From: Desulfuromonadales bacterium | Lineage (GTDB): Bacteria; Desulfobacterota; Desulfuromonadia; Desulfuromonadales; JAWOCM01 | Direction of reading: 5' to 3' | DNA length: 64,000 nucleotides | NCBI GenBank assembly: GCA_046483795.1 | Contig: JAWOCM010000040.1 | Location: 1,803 to 65,802, forward strand | Shown: positions 60,736-64,000 of the stretch, one piece after another | Position numbering within the stretch: the stretch's first letter is position 1 | Layout of the letters: each line of letters starts with the position of its first letter | Notes under the pieces: generated by a model | The model's database searches: none | What the model was told of the DNA's origin: nothing | Seen by the model: the letters and a program-made list of their open reading frames with translations, nothing else | Program-made: the position numbers and the translations under genes

Positions 60736-61362
60736 ATGAAAGAAAAGACAGATTATCCGCTTGGCGGACGCATCCGCGAAGTTCGCCGAAAACGAGGTCT
60801 CACACAGAAGGAATTTGCGCAATCCCTGGGTATTGCTCAGGGATATCTGAGTAGTATCGAACGGGGAAGACAGGCTCCGTCGGATACACTCATGATCGCC
60901 TTGAGGCATCTTTACAGGGTCGATGCCCGCTGGCTTGAATCGGGGGAGGGAGAACCGGGCACTGAGCCCCTTGCTACGCCAAGGTTGTCGGCGGGAACGC
61001 CCCTGCTCAAATCGATTTCTGCAGACTTTCCCGGAGAGGTAAAGCCGGAGGACATCCTCGGACATGTCTCCCTGCCCGGGAGCAGTCCGGATGAATTTGC
61101 GATGATTGCCTACGGCGACTTCATGGCTCCGACTATACAGGACAACGACCTGGTTCTATTCAGGCCGGGAGGCGAGGCCGGAAACGGAGACATCGTACTG
61201 GTGAACAGCAAATGGGGAGACATTTTACTTCGCCGCTACCGGGTCAATGATGACGGAATCTGGCTGACCCCCGACAACAGTGCGTATACACCTTTTCAAC
61301 CGGAGGCGGATTTTCGCATCCTGGGCACCGTGACGGATGTATGGAGAAAGATGAAACTGTAA
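60736..61362 (+). CDS. XRE/CI-like HTH regulator with a degenerate S24 domain
   Basis: RIREVR...LTQKEFAQSLGIAQGYLSSIERG..P, WL..GEG; S24 fold with ISAD, GDFM, LLRR in place of AG, GDSM, KR. Confidence 0.9.
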   Translation: MKEKTDYPLGGRIREVRRKRGLTQKEFAQSLGIAQGYLSSIERGRQAPSDTLMIALRHLYRVDARWLESGEGEPGTEPLATPRLSAGTPLLKSISADFPGEVKPEDILGHVSLPGSSPDEFAMIAYGDFMAPTIQDNDLVLFRPGGEAGNGDIVLVNSKWGDILLRRYRVNDDGIWLTPDNSAYTPFQPEADFRILGTVTDVWRKMKL

Positions 61363-61408
61363 GTGCTGAATCCTGTTGCCCCATAGCCATTTCTTCGATC
61401 AGCAGTAG

Positions 61409-61452
61409 CACCAGACCTAGATGCGGAGCTTAATCAGGGCTGGTGAGTTTTT
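61409..61452 (+). terminator. Terminator-like hairpin between the XRE gene and the symporter
   Basis: CACCAG-ACCT-AGAT...ATC-AGGG-CTGGTG followed by AGTTTTT. Confidence 0.45.
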
Positions 61453-61482
61453 GTAATGAATTTTTTTATCCGGAGGCGTTGA

Positions 61483-62928
61483 ATGCTCGAACTCACTTTG
61501 CTCGATGAGATGATTATTGTTCTTTATCTCGGCGGCGTCCTGTGTATCGGACTCTGGGCGGGACGCAGGGTCCACACCCTGGAAGAGTATGCCGTTGCCG
61601 GGCGCAACTACAACGCTCTGATCATCGCTGCCACTCTTTCAGCCTCCTTCATTGGCGGCGGCTTCACCATGGGCAATGCGGAGAAGGTCTTCGTGGTCGG
61701 TATCGTCAATGTCGTCGTCCTCTGGGGTTTCAGCCTCAAAGAATTGCTGGTCGCCCGTTACATCGCTCCGAATGCCGGCCGTTTTCCTACGGCTATTTCC
61801 GTCGGCGATGTCATGGAGGTCGATTACGGCAAAATCGGCAAAATCGTAACCGGCATATTTTCCGTACTGCTCTGTGCGGGCATCCTCGGCGCACAGATCG
61901 GTGGTATGGGTTATCTCTTCAACCTCTTCCTCGGTATATCTGTGCCGAAAGGCATCATGATCGGCATGGGGATCATCCTGGTTTATGACACGATCGGCGG
62001 TATGCGAGCGGTGGTTGCCACCGATGTGGTGCAGTTCGTCATACTCTCCATCGGCATGCCTCTGGCCCTGTTCATGGGGATATCCAGTCTGGGAGGGATC
62101 GACGCGATGACCTCCCGCCTGCCGGAAGGGCATCTGAATTTTTTCAGCAACATTACTCCTCTCCAGTTCGCCTCCCTCTTTCTCACTTTTTTGCTGGGAG
62201 AGACTCTTGTTCCCCCTTACGTCCGGCGTCTCTTCATCAGCAAAGACAACAAGGCCATCTGCCGGGGCACGCTTTGGAGCGGCCTCTACTCGATCCCTTT
62301 CTTCGCCATTACCGGTGCCCTCGGTCTGGTCGCCCTGGCCATCGAACCTGAGCTCAATCCCAACATGGCGATTCCCTATGTTGTCGAAACGGTTCTGCCG
62401 ATCGGGCTTCGGAGTCTGGTCATTGCCGGGATCATCGCCGTGGTGATGTCCTCGGCGGACTCTTTTCTCAACAGCGCCTCCGTCGCCTTTGTCAACGACA
62501 TCGTCAACCCTCTGCGCAAGGAGAACCTCAGTGAACGGAAAGGCTTGGTCTGGGCCCGACTGGCCACTCTGGTAACCGGCACCCTGGCGATCATTTTCGC
62601 CATCCGTATCCAGAGCCTTCTCGACATCCTCATCTATGCCTACAATTTCTGGTCGCCGATCATCCTGGTTCCGCTGGCAGCCACCCTGCTGGGCGTGAAG
62701 ACATCCAGGAGCGCCTTCTGTGCCGGGGCGGGCGCCGGGATCCTGGGCGTGTTCCTCTGGAACGTCCTGCTCGGTGCTCCCGGCGGATTCGACGGTCTGT
62801 TGATCGGAGTGTTTGCCAACTTCACCGCCTTCAGCCTGGTCAATCGTTTTAACGGGAAAAAAGGGGACACCGACCGCATCGTTGCAACCCGGGAACAAGA
62901 TCACTTGTTCAAGAGAAAAGATCAATGA
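61483..62928 (+). CDS. Sodium:solute symporter (SSS family)
   Basis: EYAVAGR, ASFIGGG, GGMRAVVATDVVQF, AVVMSSADS; ~13 TM; GGAGG RBS. Confidence 0.93.
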   Translation: MLELTLLDEMIIVLYLGGVLCIGLWAGRRVHTLEEYAVAGRNYNALIIAATLSASFIGGGFTMGNAEKVFVVGIVNVVVLWGFSLKELLVARYIAPNAGRFPTAISVGDVMEVDYGKIGKIVTGIFSVLLCAGILGAQIGGMGYLFNLFLGISVPKGIMIGMGIILVYDTIGGMRAVVATDVVQFVILSIGMPLALFMGISSLGGIDAMTSRLPEGHLNFFSNITPLQFASLFLTFLLGETLVPPYVRRLFISKDNKAICRGTLWSGLYSIPFFAITGALGLVALAIEPELNPNMAIPYVVETVLPIGLRSLVIAGIIAVVMSSADSFLNSASVAFVNDIVNPLRKENLSERKGLVWARLATLVTGTLAIIFAIRIQSLLDILIYAYNFWSPIILVPLAATLLGVKTSRSAFCAGAGAGILGVFLWNVLLGAPGGFDGLLIGVFANFTAFSLVNRFNGKKGDTDRIVATREQDHLFKRKDQ

Positions 62929-63053
62929 AGATAATGATTTTCAAAATGGCGAGTCGCTTTTTGAAAAGATTTTTCGAGATGTAGACCGGGCAGGTGATGG
63001 GGCTATTCCCGGTGCCTCGCCCCACCCGATTTCTCCGTAGGAGATTCCTGATC

Positions 63054-64000
63054 ATGCCGTTGAACGCGTTCTTCAGAACGATATCGATTGCCCTGACTGC
63101 TCTGACCCTCCTCACCGGCTGCGCCAATTCCTCGCCGGAATCCAGGACTGAACCGGATCCGGTCACGCTGGAGGCCAAAATCGGCCAGATGCTGATGGTC
63201 GGTTTCCGCGGGATGAGGGTGGACAAGGGGCACTTCATCGTCCGCGATATCCGCCGGCATAACCTGGGCGGTGTCGTCCTGTTCGACTACGATGTCCTGA
63301 GCGGGCAGGCAGTGCGAAATATAGGATCCCCGGAACAGGTCGAGGACCTTATTGCATCCCTGCAAGCTGCGTCTCCTACGCCCCTGCTGGTGGCTGTGGA
63401 TCAGGAGGGCGGACGCGTGGCGCGTTTGAAGGAGCGCTACGGCTTTCCGCCGACCGTCTCCCACGGCGAGCTGGGGCGGATCGACGATCTAGAGACGACC
63501 GCCCGGGAGAGCGGCGATCTGGCCGGGACACTGGCCGATCTCGGCTTCGGCCTCAACCTGGCGCCGGTGGTCGACCTCTGCGCCAACCCTGACAACCCGG
63601 TCATCGCCGGGCTCGACCGCTGCTTCTCGGCCGATCCGGAGAAAGTGGCGACCTACGCCCTGGAATTCATCGGGGCGCATCACCACCATGGGGTTCTCAC
63701 TACTCTCAAGCACTTTCCCGGCCACGGCAGCTCTCGCACCGACTCGCACCTCGGTTTCACCGACGTCACCGAGACCTGGACGCGGAGCGAACTCGAACCC
63801 TACGCCCGGATCATCGAGGCAGGAGAAGCTGACGCCGTAATGACCGCCCACGTCTTTAACGCCCGCCTCGACCAAGACTATCCCGCAACCCTCTCCCGAA
63901 AGGTCGTCACCGGCATTCTGCGGGGAAAACTCGGCTTCGAGGGGGTGGTCATCTCCGACGACATGCAGATGGGCGCCATCGCCGACCATTACGGCCTGGA
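63054..64000 (+). CDS. GH3 beta-N-acetylhexosaminidase (NagZ-like) lipoprotein, partial
   Basis: Manual translation: MPLNAFF...LLTGC lipobox, KIGQMLMVGF, VDQEGGRV, APVVD, KHFPGHG...DSH, MTAH, VISDDMQM; AGGAG RBS; open to the window end. Confidence 0.92.
   Translation, partial: MPLNAFFRTISIALTALTLLTGCANSSPESRTEPDPVTLEAKIGQMLMVGFRGMRVDKGHFIVRDIRRHNLGGVVLFDYDVLSGQAVRNIGSPEQVEDLIASLQAASPTPLLVAVDQEGGRVARLKERYGFPPTVSHGELGRIDDLETTARESGDLAGTLADLGFGLNLAPVVDLCANPDNPVIAGLDRCFSADPEKVATYALEFIGAHHHHGVLTTLKHFPGHGSSRTDSHLGFTDVTETWTRSELEPYARIIEAGEADAVMTAHVFNARLDQDYPATLSRKVVTGILRGKLGFEGVVISDDMQMGAIADHYGL

Noticed and set aside
60571-61362. Intact prophage around the CI-like gene
   Set aside because: No integrase, cro, replication or structural phage genes in the flanks.

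Overview
A ~59% GC bacterial chromosomal segment whose gene content and order (mutS-amidase-glnD-xerD-apgM; cysE-iscR-iscS-iscU-mnmA-mtaB; YlxR-L7Ae fusion) point to a Desulfuromonadales-type deltaproteobacterium (inference). Bases 1-52.2 kb are mostly housekeeping: a partial TonB-dependent receptor missed by the ORF track, a ybbP/ybbA/tesA-type module, fumarase, thiolase, ilvA, an Fe-S/tRNA-thiolation operon with an IscR-type box and two palindromic repeat families around iscU, mutS to apgM, a four-subunit 2-oxoacid:ferredoxin oxidoreductase, and the rimP-nusA-infB-rbfA-truB-rpsO-pnp-dut cluster. The last ~12 kb looks accessory. It holds an ImuA-less lexA-imuB-like-dnaE2 mutagenesis cassette whose stop codon overlaps a convergent DnaQ/GIY-YIG nuclease gene, and a second LexA/CI-like repressor that has lost its Ala-Gly site, catalytic Ser and catalytic Lys and sits behind three AAAATATATTT palindromes. 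It ends with an SSS symporter and a partial GH3 (NagZ-like) lipoprotein. I found no rRNA, tRNA, CRISPR array or transposase. All assignments come from motif reading by eye; no database searches were run.
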